Origin: Neglectibacter timonensis
Lineage (GTDB): Bacteria; Bacillota; Clostridia; Oscillospirales; Acutalibacteraceae
Length of the DNA: 64,000 nucleotides
Assembly (NCBI RefSeq): GCF_900048895.1
Contig: NZ_LT160640.1
Span: 1,068,758-1,132,757, forward strand
Reading direction: 5' to 3'
In this document: positions 1 to 9,172 of the stretch, piece by piece
Layout of the letters: every line of letters starts with the position of its first letter
How positions within the stretch are numbered: position 1 is the first letter of the stretch
Translations under genes and position numbers: made by a program
The notes under the pieces: model-generated
What the model saw: only the letters and a program-made list of their open reading frames with translations
What the model was told of the DNA's origin: nothing
Databases searched by the model: none

Positions 1-1586
1 TCCAGCAAAACCGTTTCAGCCTGCATCAGCCCCTGGCGGACCGCCCGGTAGACCGCTTCCCGAAAGTCTCCGCCCTCCGTATGCTTCAGGTGGGCCCGAC
101 CCGATAACAGCGTTATCTTCACATCTGTCAGCGGCGCTCCGGTCAGCACCCCTGTATGCTGCTTTTCCAGTACGTGAGTCCTGATGAGATTCTGCCAATT
201 GGAGCCCAGAAAATCCAACGGGCATTCACTGGCAAACACAATACCGCTGCCCCGCTGTCCCGGCTCCAGGCGCAGATGCACTTCTGCATAGTGCCGCAAA
301 GGCTCGAAATGGCCGCAGCCCACCACCGGGGCCGCGATGGTCTCCTGGTAGAGCACGGAACACGGGCCAAAGGAGATTTGTTCACTGTACCGTTCCCGGA
401 AAATTTCCTCCAACGCCTCCAGCTGGACCTCTCCCATCACCCGCACCTCCAGTTCCTGGGTGCGTTCCCGCCACTCCACACCGAGAAGCGGTTCTTCATC
501 CTCCAGTTCCCGGAAGCGTGAGAGCATCAGCGGCGCGGGAACAGAGGAGGAGAACAGCACCTGGGAGCGAAGCAGAGGCTGTAAAACAAAGGGCTTTGCC
601 CGTTCCGCACCCAACCCGGCCAAGTCCCCGGCCTTTACCTGCCGAATGCCGGTTACCGCACAGAGCATACCGGGACCCGCCTCTTGTATCAGTTCATATC
701 TGGAACCCGAATATCTTCGCAGTTCGTTGCACTTTTCCCTCTCTCCACCGGGAACCGTGAGCAGTTCCTTTGGATGCAGCGTTCCCTGCTCCACCTTGAG
801 AAAGACAACCCGTCCGCCCCTGTCATGACGTACCTGATAGGCCCGCCCTGCAAAGGGAGCCTCCCTGTTTCCAGTACCGGCGGGCGCCAGTAGCCGCAAG
901 CCCCGGAGTAACTCCTCCACGCCTGTCCCGTTCAGGGCCGAGCCGGAAAACACAGGAAAAACCCGCCGCTCCCGAACCAGGTTTTTCGCCTCTTTCAGCC
1001 ACAGCTCCCGATCATACCCAGTCTCCAAATAGCGTTCCAGAAGCGAATCGTCCAAACCAGCCAGAAGCTCTGCCGTCTCCTCTTCCATCTGCCCGTCTTC
1101 CTCAATCCCACTGAAAAACGGGACAAACCTGTTTCCCCCCAAGCGTTCCAGCTGCCCAAACACCCTCATGAGGTCCGCTCCGGCGCGGTCCGTCTTATTG
1201 AGGAACACAAACACAGGAACAGAGGCGTCGTTCAGCAGCCTCCACAAAGTCTCCGTGTGGGCCTGTACCCCTTCAGCGCAGCTCACCACCAGCACGGCGC
1301 AGTCCAGCACCCGGAGACAACGCTCCATTTCCCCGGAAAAGTCCACATGGCCAGGAGTATCGATAAGGGAAAAGGAACGGCCTTCCATAGAAAAATCCGC
1401 CTGGCCGGAAAATACAGTGATCCCCCGTTTCCGCTCAATCTCCGCCTGATCCAGAAAAGCAGTGCGGGCGTCCACCCTGCCCGGCGTCCGGAGCACTCCC
1501 GCCTGATAGAGCATCTGCTCGGACAGCGTGGTCTTCCCCGCATCCACATGGGCAAGGATCCCCAAAACCGTGTTCGACTCCAGCAT
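1..1586 (-). CDS. TetM/TetO-family ribosomal-protection-type translational GTPase (EF-G-like), partial. The C-terminus lies beyond the window's left edge.
   Basis: Minus-strand translation from the ATG at 1586 gives MLESNTVLGILAHVDAGKTTLSEQMLYQAGVLRTPGRVDARTAFLDQAEIERKRGITVFSGQ...IDTPGHVDF...NKTDRAG, which carries the G1, G2, G3 and G4 motifs of TetM/EF-G GTPases. A GGAAAGGA RBS lies 11 nt upstream. A mid-gene spot translation (RRYSGSRYELIQEAGPGMLC) has no stops, and the frame stays open to position 1. The gene is absent from the ORF track only because it has no stop codon inside the window. Confidence 0.85.
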   Translation of the reverse strand, partial: MLESNTVLGILAHVDAGKTTLSEQMLYQAGVLRTPGRVDARTAFLDQAEIERKRGITVFSGQADFSMEGRSFSLIDTPGHVDFSGEMERCLRVLDCAVLVVSCAEGVQAHTETLWRLLNDASVPVFVFLNKTDRAGADLMRVFGQLERLGGNRFVPFFSGIEEDGQMEEETAELLAGLDDSLLERYLETGYDRELWLKEAKNLVRERRVFPVFSGSALNGTGVEELLRGLRLLAPAGTGNREAPFAGRAYQVRHDRGGRVVFLKVEQGTLHPKELLTVPGGEREKCNELRRYSGSRYELIQEAGPGMLCAVTGIRQVKAGDLAGLGAERAKPFVLQPLLRSQVLFSSSVPAPLMLSRFRELEDEEPLLGVEWRERTQELEVRVMGEVQLEALEEIFRERYSEQISFGPCSVLYQETIAAPVVGCGHFEPLRHYAEVHLRLEPGQRGSGIVFASECPLDFLGSNWQNLIRTHVLEKQHTGVLTGAPLTDVKITLLSGRAHLKHTEGGDFREAVYRAVRQGLMQAETVLL

Positions 1587-1800
1587 TCTTTAACCAATCC
1601 TTTCCGATCCGCATCACTGCAAAAGCCTCTCTGAGGATCCATTATAAGCTGTACAGAGCAAAGCCGCAAGCCTCGGCCCACAGCTGGAAAAACACCGGAG
1701 CCGGAAACTCTCTGCGCCTCTGCCGGCATGATGTGCTCGCAGGCTCCTAAGACAGGCCTCTGAACAGCTGGTGTTTTCGGTCATTCCGTGCGTCCACGGC

Positions 1801-3195
1801 CTACCCAAGACAGTCCCACAGACGCTGTACCGCTTCCTCCATCCGCTCCCTTTCCATCCCAGTATAATTCATCACCAGGCAATGGGGCTCCGCCCTCCGG
1901 GGGTCCATGTAATACTCCGACAGGCAGGAAATGGCAACTCCCCTCTGTTCCGCACGTTTTACCAGCTCCTGATCGGAAGCCTCTGTCTGCACCTTCAGCA
2001 GGAAATGCAGGCCTGCGTCTGCCTCACGCATCTCCGCTCTGTCTCCCAGCGGGCTTTTCCGGACAGCTTCCTGCAGGGCATCCCGCCGGCGGCGGTAAAA
2101 ATGCCTGGTCCGCGCCAGATGGGATTCAAAATAGCCTCCGTCGAGAAACTTCGCCAGGGTCAGCTGTTCAAAGCTGGGCACCGTGCAGGAATAAAACCCC
2201 AGCTTCCGGGAAAACGCTTCGCTCAGCCGTTTCGGCAGCACCATATAGCTGATGCGGATGGCTGGGGTCAGGCTCTTGGAAAAGGTATTGATAGTGATCA
2301 CCTTTCCCCCCTCGTCGATGCTCTGCAGAGAGGGTACCGGCCTGCCGGTAAACCGGAATTCGCTGTCGTAATCATCCTCAATGAGATAGCGTTCCGGTTC
2401 CTCCGACGCCCACTGAAGCAGCTCCCTGCGGCGGGAGACAGGCATAACCAGGCCTGTGGGGAAATGGTGGGCAGGAGAAAGATGGGCCGCATCCGCCCCC
2501 TTTTCCCTCAGCGCCCGGACAGAAAGCCCCTGTCCATCCAGCTCCGCTCCCACAACCGCCGCTCCGTTAGCTTCATAGACTTGAGCGATCCTGCGGTAGC
2601 CCGGATCCTCCACTGCAAACACCTTGTCCCTGCCCAGAAGCTGCACCAGCAGGCCATAGAGATATTCGGTGCCCGCCCCCACCACCAGCTGTTCCGGCTC
2701 CGCCGCAATGCCGCGGAACCTGCCGAGATAGGCTGCTATCGCCCTGCGCAGGGCCAGCGTACCCCCGCCCGGCATGGGGCGAAGCAGGGCTGCGTCCCGT
2801 TCCGTCAGGACCTCCCTCATCAGCTTGGCCCATACGGAAAAAGGAAACTGCTCCCCCGGCACTCGATTGGTCCGGAAATCTGCAAACCACTCCGGCTCAG
2901 CTTCCTCTGCCTGCAGAGCGGCTGGGGGCACAGCTTTGCGGATTTCCGTAACGGGAAGGCTTTCTACAAAATATCCCCTGCGCTCCTCCGCCCGCAGATA
3001 CCCTTCCAGCAGAAGCTGGGCATATGCGTTTTCAACAGTGGCCACGCTGACTCCCAGATGCTCCGCCAGCCCTCGCTTCGAGGGCATCTTCTCTCCGGCC
3101 CGGAGCCTCCCTTCCCGAATATCCTCCCGGATTCTGCGGCAGAGAAACTCGTAGAGCGGCAGCTCTCCCCGGCGGTCAAGCGCATAGGTCAGCAT
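1801..3195 (-). CDS. pdxR: MocR/GntR-family transcriptional regulator with a fused aminotransferase domain (PdxR-like)
   Basis: The 464-aa product has an N-terminal GntR winged HTH (LPSKRGLAEHLGVSVATVENAYAQL) and a C-terminal class-I aminotransferase fold. It is divergent from pdxS/pdxT, the classic PdxR arrangement. Confidence 0.85.
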   Translation of the reverse strand: MLTYALDRRGELPLYEFLCRRIREDIREGRLRAGEKMPSKRGLAEHLGVSVATVENAYAQLLLEGYLRAEERRGYFVESLPVTEIRKAVPPAALQAEEAEPEWFADFRTNRVPGEQFPFSVWAKLMREVLTERDAALLRPMPGGGTLALRRAIAAYLGRFRGIAAEPEQLVVGAGTEYLYGLLVQLLGRDKVFAVEDPGYRRIAQVYEANGAAVVGAELDGQGLSVRALREKGADAAHLSPAHHFPTGLVMPVSRRRELLQWASEEPERYLIEDDYDSEFRFTGRPVPSLQSIDEGGKVITINTFSKSLTPAIRISYMVLPKRLSEAFSRKLGFYSCTVPSFEQLTLAKFLDGGYFESHLARTRHFYRRRRDALQEAVRKSPLGDRAEMREADAGLHFLLKVQTEASDQELVKRAEQRGVAISCLSEYYMDPRRAEPHCLVMNYTGMERERMEEAVQRLWDCLG

Positions 3196-3234
3196 GTGTC
3201 CCCCTCCTCCATCTGGTATGCTTATTTTCTCACG

Positions 3235-3287
3235 AAATGGTTATTTCTATCAGCTCAGATTTGAGTATGATAGAAAACAAACCATTT
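3235..3287. promoter_or_regulatory. Nested inverted repeats in the pdxR-pdxS divergent intergenic region, a candidate PdxR operator
   Basis: The region reads AAATGGTT-attt-CTATCA-gctcagatttgagta-TGATAG-aaaaca-AACCATTT, with outer 8-bp and inner 6-bp symmetric arms. It overlaps a TTGAGT...TATGAT promoter-like sequence for pdxS. Confidence 0.45.
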
Positions 3288-3312
3288 GTCAAGTGAAAGG
3301 TGGCTGACAGTT

Positions 3313-4197
3313 ATGATAGAACAAAAGGAAGATCGCGGCGCTCTCAACAGAAATTTGGCCCAAATGCTCAAGGGCGGCGTGATCATGGACGTGACCACGC
3401 CGGAACAGGCCAAAATAGCGGAAGCCGCAGGCGCCTGCGCTGTAATGGCTCTGGAACGCATTCCGGCGGATATCCGCGCAGCCGGAGGCGTCTCCCGCAT
3501 GAGCGACCCCAAAATGATCCGGGGGATCCAGGCTGCCGTTTCCATTCCGGTAATGGCGAAATGCCGTATCGGCCATTTCGCAGAGGCGCAGATTCTGGAG
3601 GCAATTGAAATCGATTATATCGATGAGAGCGAGGTGCTCTCTCCCGCCGACGACGTATACCACATCGACAAAACCAAATTCAGGGTGCCCTTCGTCTGCG
3701 GAGCCAGGGATTTGGGAGAGGCGCTGCGCCGCATCCAGGAGGGCGCCTCCATGATCCGTACCAAGGGAGAACCCGGCACAGGGGACGTGGTGCAGGCGGT
3801 TCGGCACATGCGTAAAATGCAAAGCGAAATCAAGCGTCTCACTTCCCTCCGGGAGGATGAGCTGTACGAAGCCGCCAAGCAGCTGCAGGTTCCCTATGAG
3901 CTCGTTTGGTCCGTACACAAAAACGGAAAGCTTCCGGTGGTCAACTTCGCTGCGGGCGGCGTAGCCACACCGGCAGACGCCGCACTGATGATGCAGCTGG
4001 GTGCAGAGGGCGTATTCGTGGGCTCCGGCATCTTCAAATCCGGCAATCCGGAAAAACGGGCGGCCGCCATCGTGAAGGCCGTCACCAACTACAACGATGC
4101 AGCGCTGCTGGCGGAGCTCTCGGAAGACCTGGGGGAGGCCATGGTGGGCATCAACGAACAGGAGATCGCCCTGCTCATGGCGGAGCGCGGCCAATGA
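3313..4197 (+). CDS. pdxS: Pyridoxal 5'-phosphate synthase lyase subunit PdxS
   Basis: The motif [55 protein letters not shown] is diagnostic of PdxS. An AAAGGTGG RBS sits before the ATG at 3313. The first M of the ORF at 3286 is an upstream in-frame extension. Confidence 0.95.
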   Translation: MIEQKEDRGALNRNLAQMLKGGVIMDVTTPEQAKIAEAAGACAVMALERIPADIRAAGGVSRMSDPKMIRGIQAAVSIPVMAKCRIGHFAEAQILEAIEIDYIDESEVLSPADDVYHIDKTKFRVPFVCGARDLGEALRRIQEGASMIRTKGEPGTGDVVQAVRHMRKMQSEIKRLTSLREDELYEAAKQLQVPYELVWSVHKNGKLPVVNFAAGGVATPADAALMMQLGAEGVFVGSGIFKSGNPEKRAAAIVKAVTNYNDAALLAELSEDLGEAMVGINEQEIALLMAERGQ

Positions 4198-4769
4198 GCC
4201 GCATTGGAATTTTGGCCGTACAGGGTGCCTTTCTGGAACATGAACAGGTCCTGTCCCGGCTGGGGGTCCCCTACTTTGAGCTGCGCCAAAAAAGGGACCT
4301 GGAGGAATCCATGGACGGCCTCATATTACCGGGCGGTGAGAGTACGGTGATGGGAAAGCTGCTGCGGGAACTGGAGCTTATGGAGCCGCTGCGTTCCAGA
4401 ATCTTGGCGGGCCTTCCGGTGTTAGGCACCTGTGCGGGTCTTATCCTGCTGGCAAAACAGCTTGCGGGAGGCGAGACGACACATCTTGCCTCCATGGATA
4501 TCTGCGCTGTGCGGAACGCTTACGGCAGACAGTTGGGCAGCTTTGCTGCGGAACAGGAGTTCGGAGACTTTGGACGAATCCCCATGACCTTTATCCGTGC
4601 GCCCTATATTTCCGCCGTCTCCGGCAAAACAGAAATTTTAGCGCAGGTGGACGGCCGTATTGTAGCGGCCCGGGAGGATCGCCAGCTGGTCACGGCCTTC
4701 CATCCGGAGCTGACGGAGGATTTGACGGTGCACCGCTATTTTCTCGACCAGCTCGTTGCTTCCAGATAA
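4194..4769 (+). CDS. pdxT: Pyridoxal 5'-phosphate synthase glutaminase subunit PdxT
   Basis: The product begins [20 protein letters not shown] and has the conserved GTCAG triad region ([13 protein letters not shown]). Its start overlaps the pdxS stop (ATGA), indicating translational coupling. Confidence 0.93.
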   Translation: MSRIGILAVQGAFLEHEQVLSRLGVPYFELRQKRDLEESMDGLILPGGESTVMGKLLRELELMEPLRSRILAGLPVLGTCAGLILLAKQLAGGETTHLASMDICAVRNAYGRQLGSFAAEQEFGDFGRIPMTFIRAPYISAVSGKTEILAQVDGRIVAAREDRQLVTAFHPELTEDLTVHRYFLDQLVASR

Positions 4770-4776
4770 GTACAGA

Positions 4777-4809
4777 AACCGCGGAGTAAATACTCCGCGG
4801 TTTCTTTTT
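4777..4809. terminator. Rho-independent terminator hairpin, bidirectional, between pdxT and the CotF-like gene
   Basis: The sequence is aaaccgcggagtaaatactccgcggtttcttttt: a perfect 11-bp stem followed by a T-run. A-rich sequence on the left lets it also serve the minus-strand gene ending at 4818. Confidence 0.7.
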
Positions 4810-4817
4810 GGCCGACT

Positions 4818-5072
4818 TCAGTTGGAAGAAGAGTTGGAAAACTTCTGCTTTACCTTCTGTATTTTCTGTTCTTCAGCCTGCTCGGTGGGATACCAGCCCT
4901 TCTGAGCCATCTTTTTGTAAAGCTCGTCCTGCATGCAGAGGGAATCGTTCAGCGCTGTATTGAAGGCCTGGTGTACATTGGCGGTGGAGGATTCTATCGT
5001 GCCGTGCAGAAACAGATCGCAAACACCCTTCTCTGTCAGAAGGATATTTTCCATAATGCATTTATCATCCAT
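4818..5072 (-). CDS. Spore coat protein F-like protein (Coat_F domain)
   Basis: The 84-aa product has the ...LHGTIESSTANVHQAFNTALNDSLCMQDELYKKMAQKGWYPTEQAEEQKIQKVKQKF pattern typical of small clostridial Coat_F proteins. A GAAAGGA RBS lies 10 nt upstream. Confidence 0.6.
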   Translation of the reverse strand: MDDKCIMENILLTEKGVCDLFLHGTIESSTANVHQAFNTALNDSLCMQDELYKKMAQKGWYPTEQAEEQKIQKVKQKFSNSSSN

Positions 5073-5203
5073 GTTTTTTTATTCCTTTCTGTTAGGTGCG
5101 GGATTTTATACAGGCCGCAAACAACTGTCCAAAGGAAGATTTCAATTGGTTGGACAGCCTGCGGCGGGGTTGCAGCCTTTCGTCATCCCGGCGGCTGCCG
5201 GAG

Positions 5204-5377
5204 TCAGACCAGGCTGTAGAAGCTGCCGAAAATCTGCCGGTGCTTGTCCATCATCTGCTGCGCATACTGCTTGAGATCGCTGTCCTGTAACTGCTGCACA
5301 GCCTCCTGGCATTGGGTCATGGAAAATTTCTCATGGCCCAGAGCGTCTTCGATATAGAGCAATTCCTTGGGACTCAT
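5204..5377 (-). CDS. Small hypothetical protein (57 aa) co-oriented upstream of the CotF-like gene
   Basis: The ORF (MSPKELLYIEDALGHEKFSMTQCQEAVQQLQDSDLKQYAQQMMDKHRQIFGSFYSLV) has a very strong AAAGGAGGT RBS 7 nt before its ATG. It is missing from the ORF track because it is shorter than 60 aa. Confidence 0.45.
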   Translation of the reverse strand: MSPKELLYIEDALGHEKFSMTQCQEAVQQLQDSDLKQYAQQMMDKHRQIFGSFYSLV

Positions 5378-5561
5378 TGACACATACCTCCTTTTCTGAT
5401 TCCGGGCAGTTCTCCTTTGCCCGTTCCCTGTTAGTATTTATGGCCGGGACAGCATCTATGCGTGACAAAACATTGAAATTCTGTGCATTGCTTGACTTCC
5501 AAAACCTTTCATGCGACAATAATTTCGACAAAATCATTCTTTATTTGAGGAGGATTTCTTC

Positions 5562-5993
5562 ATGAAAATCATCAAAGAATTCAAAGAGTTTATCTCGCGT
5601 GGCAACGTGATAGACATGGCCGTCGGCGTCATCATCGGCGGCGCGTTTACCGCCATCGTAAACGCGCTGGTTGACAACATTCTCAACCCGCTGATCGGCA
5701 TTATCACCGGCGGCGTGGATTTTTCCTCCCTTTCCATCACCATTGGAGAAGGAGAAAATCCCGCTGTGTTCGCCTACGGCTCCTTTATCACTGCTGTGAT
5801 CAACTTCCTGTTGGTGGCTCTGGTCCTCTTTCTGATCATCAAGGCCATGAATAAGTTCCATTTTAAAAAAGAAGAGGAAGTCCCCGCGGCTCCCACTACC
5901 AAAATCTGCCCCTTCTGCAAATCGGAAATCGCCATCGAGGCTTCCCGCTGCCCGCACTGTACCTCTGAACTTGCTGCGGAGGAGACAGAATGA
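5562..5993 (+). CDS. mscL: Large-conductance mechanosensitive channel MscL with a C-terminal CxxC...CxxC zinc-ribbon-like tail
   Basis: The N-terminus MKIIKEFKEFISRGNVIDMAVGVIIGGAFTAIVNALVDNILNPLIGI is the canonical MscL TM1 signature. The C-terminus KICPFCKSEIAIEASRCPHCTSEL replaces the usual cytoplasmic helical bundle. A GAGGAGGA RBS is present. Confidence 0.9.
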   Translation: MKIIKEFKEFISRGNVIDMAVGVIIGGAFTAIVNALVDNILNPLIGIITGGVDFSSLSITIGEGENPAVFAYGSFITAVINFLLVALVLFLIIKAMNKFHFKKEEEVPAAPTTKICPFCKSEIAIEASRCPHCTSELAAEETE

Positions 5994-6289
5994 TTGCCGG
6001 CGTCTCAGCAGTTTGCCCAGATTTCCTGTTTTTATTTTTCATTTCTTTCTGACTTACCTCTTGCCGGACAGAATGTTTTGTGCTACTATGGCACTGTCTA
6101 TCGGAAAATACCGGATCACAGCAAAAGGCTGTTGCTTTTTGCTGTGATTTCTGTTGCACTACTGAAAATTTCGTGCTGAATGTATCAGGAGAGGCAACGT
6201 TGGCAGACTTGAAAAACAAAAGAAAGGGAACCGCAGGCTATAATGCAGCTTTTAAGCTCCGCACAGGCCTGTGTGCATGGATGGGTTTC

Positions 6290-7657
6290 ATGAAGATTGT
6301 GATCGTAGGCGACGGCAAAGTGGGTTCCGCATTGACGGAGCAGCTTTCCAAGGAAAACCACGACGTGGTCGTCATCGACAGCAACAAAATGGTGCTGCAG
6401 GAAGCGCAGCAGGCGCTGGATGTCAACGTGGTACACGGAAACGGAGCCAGCTTGAAAATCCAGAAGCTGGCAAATGTGGATACCAGCGACCTGCTGATTG
6501 CCGCCACCTCTGCGGATGAGATCAATCTGCTCTGTTGTATTGTGGCCCGGAAGCTGGGCTGCCGTCACACCATCGCCCGGGTGAGGAACCCGGAGTATTA
6601 CGGCCAGCTCTATCTGCTGAAGGAAGAGCTGGGCCTCAACATGATGATCAACCCGGAGCGTTCCACTGCCAACGAAATCTTCCGGCTGCTGCAGTTCCCC
6701 TCCTTCCTCAAGAGGGATTCCTTTGCAAAGGGCCGTGTGGAAATTGTGGAGCTGGTCCTGCAGCAGGACAGCCCTCTGGCGGGCATTAAGCTTTCCGAAC
6801 TCTACCGGGCCGTCAAGGTAAAGGTGCTGGTCTGCGCTGTGGAACGCGGAAAAGAAGTCGTCATCCCCGACGGCAACTTCGTTCTCTGCCCTGGCGACAA
6901 GCTCTCAGTCACCGCCTCATCCGGGGATTTGGCGAGGCTCATCCGGAACTTAGGCCTGGCCCAAAGAAAAATCCGGGACGTGATGATAATTGGGGGCAGC
7001 CGCATCGCTTTTTATCTGGCGGAGGATCTGATTGCCTCCGGCGTCAATGTAAAGCTGATCGAAATCGATGAGAAACGGTGCACAGCTCTGGCGGATATGC
7101 TCCCCAAGGCCACCATTATCCACGCGGACGGCTCCGATCGGTATGTGCTGGATTCCGAAGGCCTTTCCCAAACGGATGCCGTGGTGACGTTGACCGATAT
7201 TGATGAAGAAAATCTCATCATCTCCATGTACGCCAACTTTTTGGGTACGTACAAGGTGATCACAAAAATTAACCGCACTGAATTCACCGAGGTGCTCAAA
7301 ACCAAGGGGATTGACTGTGTCGTGAGTCCCAAGGATTTGTGCTGCAACGACATCGTACGCTACGTACGGGCCATGGAAAACCGCAAGGGAGAAGCGGTTC
7401 TCACGCTTCACCGGATTGTAGAGGACCGGGTGGAGGCCCTGGAGTTCCGCGCCAACAAGCAGCTTCCCCAACTGGGCAAACGGCTCTCTCAGCTGACCCT
7501 GAAGCCCCATATTCTTTTGGCCTGTATCAACAGGAACGGCCGCCTGATTATTCCCAAGGGCAGCGACACCATTGAACGGGATGATATCGTAATTGTTGTG
7601 GCGGAAGCCGATAAGCTGATCAACGATCTGAGTGAAATCTTCGTGGAGGAAGCCTGA
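6290..7657 (+). CDS. trkA: Trk/Ktr potassium uptake regulatory protein TrkA (tandem RCK/NAD-binding domains)
   Basis: The product MKIVIVGDGKVGSALTEQL... has two Rossmann GxGxxG repeats (IVGDGKVG and IIGGSRIA), each followed by an RCK_C domain. The start is uncertain: an alternative ATG at 6281 or an in-frame TTG at 6200 with an AGGAGAGG RBS are possible. Confidence 0.88.
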   Translation: MKIVIVGDGKVGSALTEQLSKENHDVVVIDSNKMVLQEAQQALDVNVVHGNGASLKIQKLANVDTSDLLIAATSADEINLLCCIVARKLGCRHTIARVRNPEYYGQLYLLKEELGLNMMINPERSTANEIFRLLQFPSFLKRDSFAKGRVEIVELVLQQDSPLAGIKLSELYRAVKVKVLVCAVERGKEVVIPDGNFVLCPGDKLSVTASSGDLARLIRNLGLAQRKIRDVMIIGGSRIAFYLAEDLIASGVNVKLIEIDEKRCTALADMLPKATIIHADGSDRYVLDSEGLSQTDAVVTLTDIDEENLIISMYANFLGTYKVITKINRTEFTEVLKTKGIDCVVSPKDLCCNDIVRYVRAMENRKGEAVLTLHRIVEDRVEALEFRANKQLPQLGKRLSQLTLKPHILLACINRNGRLIIPKGSDTIERDDIVIVVAEADKLINDLSEIFVEEA

Positions 7658-7661
7658 CGCC

Positions 7662-9113
7662 ATGAATCGCAGAATGATCCTTTACCTCATTTGCATTATC
7701 CTTCGCATTGAAGCGGTGTGTATGATTCCCGGCCTGCTGATTTCCGTTTATCAAAACGAGGCTGCCTCTGTGTTGGGCCTCGGAGTCGGCATTCTTCTCT
7801 GTGCCCTCTGCAGCCTTTCCTCCTTTTTTTTCCGGGTGGAAACCAAGACCATTGGCGCACGGGAGGGCTTTCTCTGCGTCTCCCTTTCCTGGGTCGCCGT
7901 TTCCCTGTTCGGGGCGCTTCCCTTTTTCGTCAGCGGGGCCATCCCGAATTTTGTCGACTGCATTTTCGAGACGGTTTCCGGTTTCACCACCACCGGCGCC
8001 AGTATTCTCACTAACGTGGAGGCCATGCCCATGGGGCTGCTCTACTGGCGAAGCTTTACCCATTGGCTGGGCGGCATGGGCGTGCTTGTATTTCTTTTGG
8101 CAGTGGTGCCCATGGGGCGCGGCAAGAACTCCCTGCTGCATGTGATGCGGGCGGAAAGCCCCGGGCCCCAGGTAGACAAACTGGTTCCCAGGCTCCAGAA
8201 CAGCGCCAAAATCCTGTATGCCATCTACATTGCCCTCACCCTCATTCAAATCGTCTTTTTGCTGGCAGGCGGAATGCCTCTGTTCGACAGTTTCTGCACC
8301 GCTTTCGGTACGGCGGGCACGGGCGGCTTCGGTGTCAGGAACGACAGTATGGCCGGGTATAGCCCCTATTTGCAGACGGTATGCACTGTATTCATGGCCC
8401 TGTTCGGCATCAATTTCAGCATTTTCTACCTGCTCCTGCTCCGGCAGTTTTCCCGGGTGTTCCGCAACGAGGAGCTGCGACTTTACCTGCTGGTTATGCT
8501 CAGCGCCATCGCCCTCATCACAATCAACACCCTGCCCAATTTTGACGGAAATGTAGGAGAGGCCTTCCACCATGTGGCGTTTACGGTTTCTTCCATCATG
8601 ACTACCACCGGTTTTGCTACGGTGGATTTCAACCTCTGGCCTGTTTTCTCCAAAATGCTGCTGGTGCTGCTGATGATTTTCGGAGCCTGTGCGGGTTCCA
8701 CCGGAGGCGGCATCAAAGCAGCCCGCGTCGCGCTCCTCTTTAAAGCAGCCCGGCGCAACATTCGCCGCATGCTGCGTCCCCGTTCCGTTTCTCAGGTGCA
8801 TATGGACGGCCAGCTGGTAGACGAGGACACCATCCAGGGCACCTACAGCTACCTCACGGTGTACGCTCTGATCGCCGCGTTCTCCATGCTGCTGATCGCT
8901 GTGGACGAATTCTCCCTGGAAACCAATGTGACGGCTGTGATGGCCTGCCTCAACAACATCGGTCCCGGCATGGACGTGGTGGGTCCCATCGGGAACTATG
9001 CTTCCTTCTCTAATTTCAGCAAATTGATTCTCAGCTTCGACATGCTGGTGGGCAGATTGGAAATCTTCCCCATGCTGATGCTCTTTGTTCCCGCTGCCTG
9101 GCGCAGGAATTAA
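7662..9113 (+). CDS. trkH: Potassium transporter TrkH/KtrB family membrane subunit
   Basis: The product is a polytopic membrane protein with repeated GTTGAS/TGGFG selectivity-filter-like motifs (FTTTGASIL, GTAGTGGFG, TGFAT, TGGGIKAAR). A GGAGGA RBS lies 11 nt upstream. The gene sits immediately downstream of trkA. Confidence 0.9.
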   Translation: MNRRMILYLICIILRIEAVCMIPGLLISVYQNEAASVLGLGVGILLCALCSLSSFFFRVETKTIGAREGFLCVSLSWVAVSLFGALPFFVSGAIPNFVDCIFETVSGFTTTGASILTNVEAMPMGLLYWRSFTHWLGGMGVLVFLLAVVPMGRGKNSLLHVMRAESPGPQVDKLVPRLQNSAKILYAIYIALTLIQIVFLLAGGMPLFDSFCTAFGTAGTGGFGVRNDSMAGYSPYLQTVCTVFMALFGINFSIFYLLLLRQFSRVFRNEELRLYLLVMLSAIALITINTLPNFDGNVGEAFHHVAFTVSSIMTTTGFATVDFNLWPVFSKMLLVLLMIFGACAGSTGGGIKAARVALLFKAARRNIRRMLRPRSVSQVHMDGQLVDEDTIQGTYSYLTVYALIAAFSMLLIAVDEFSLETNVTAVMACLNNIGPGMDVVGPIGNYASFSNFSKLILSFDMLVGRLEIFPMLMLFVPAAWRRN

Positions 9114-9130
9114 GCGCCGTCTCAATTGAA

Positions 9131-9172
9131 AAACTCCCTTTTACCTCGTCGGGGTAAAAGGGAGTTTTGTTT
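9131..9172 (+). terminator. Rho-independent terminator after trkH
   Basis: The sequence aaaaactcccttttaccc-cgtcg-gggtaaaagggagttttgtttc forms a 14-bp stem followed by a U-rich tract. Confidence 0.7.

Noticed and set aside
1771-3264. Long opposite-strand ORFs overlapping well-supported genes. Examples are 1771-3264 (+), 3289-4194 (-), 7620-9125 (-), 35764-37008 (-), 38987-39916 (+), 44098-45432 (+), 45462-46628 (+) and 55258-56940 (+).
   Set aside because: These are typical high-GC antisense-frame artefacts. In every case the other strand encodes a protein with clear family motifs (pdxR, pdxS, trkH, a membrane protein, fumB-beta/VOC, murG, ftsW, uvrC). The artefact ORFs show Arg/Gly/Pro-rich low-complexity composition and have no RBS.
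6090-6289. A ydaO-type c-di-AMP riboswitch upstream of trkA
   Set aside because: The leader lacks the conserved ydaO pseudo-symmetric ACGGGG/CCGAA/GGGGTGAATCC elements. Only a simple hairpin is present.
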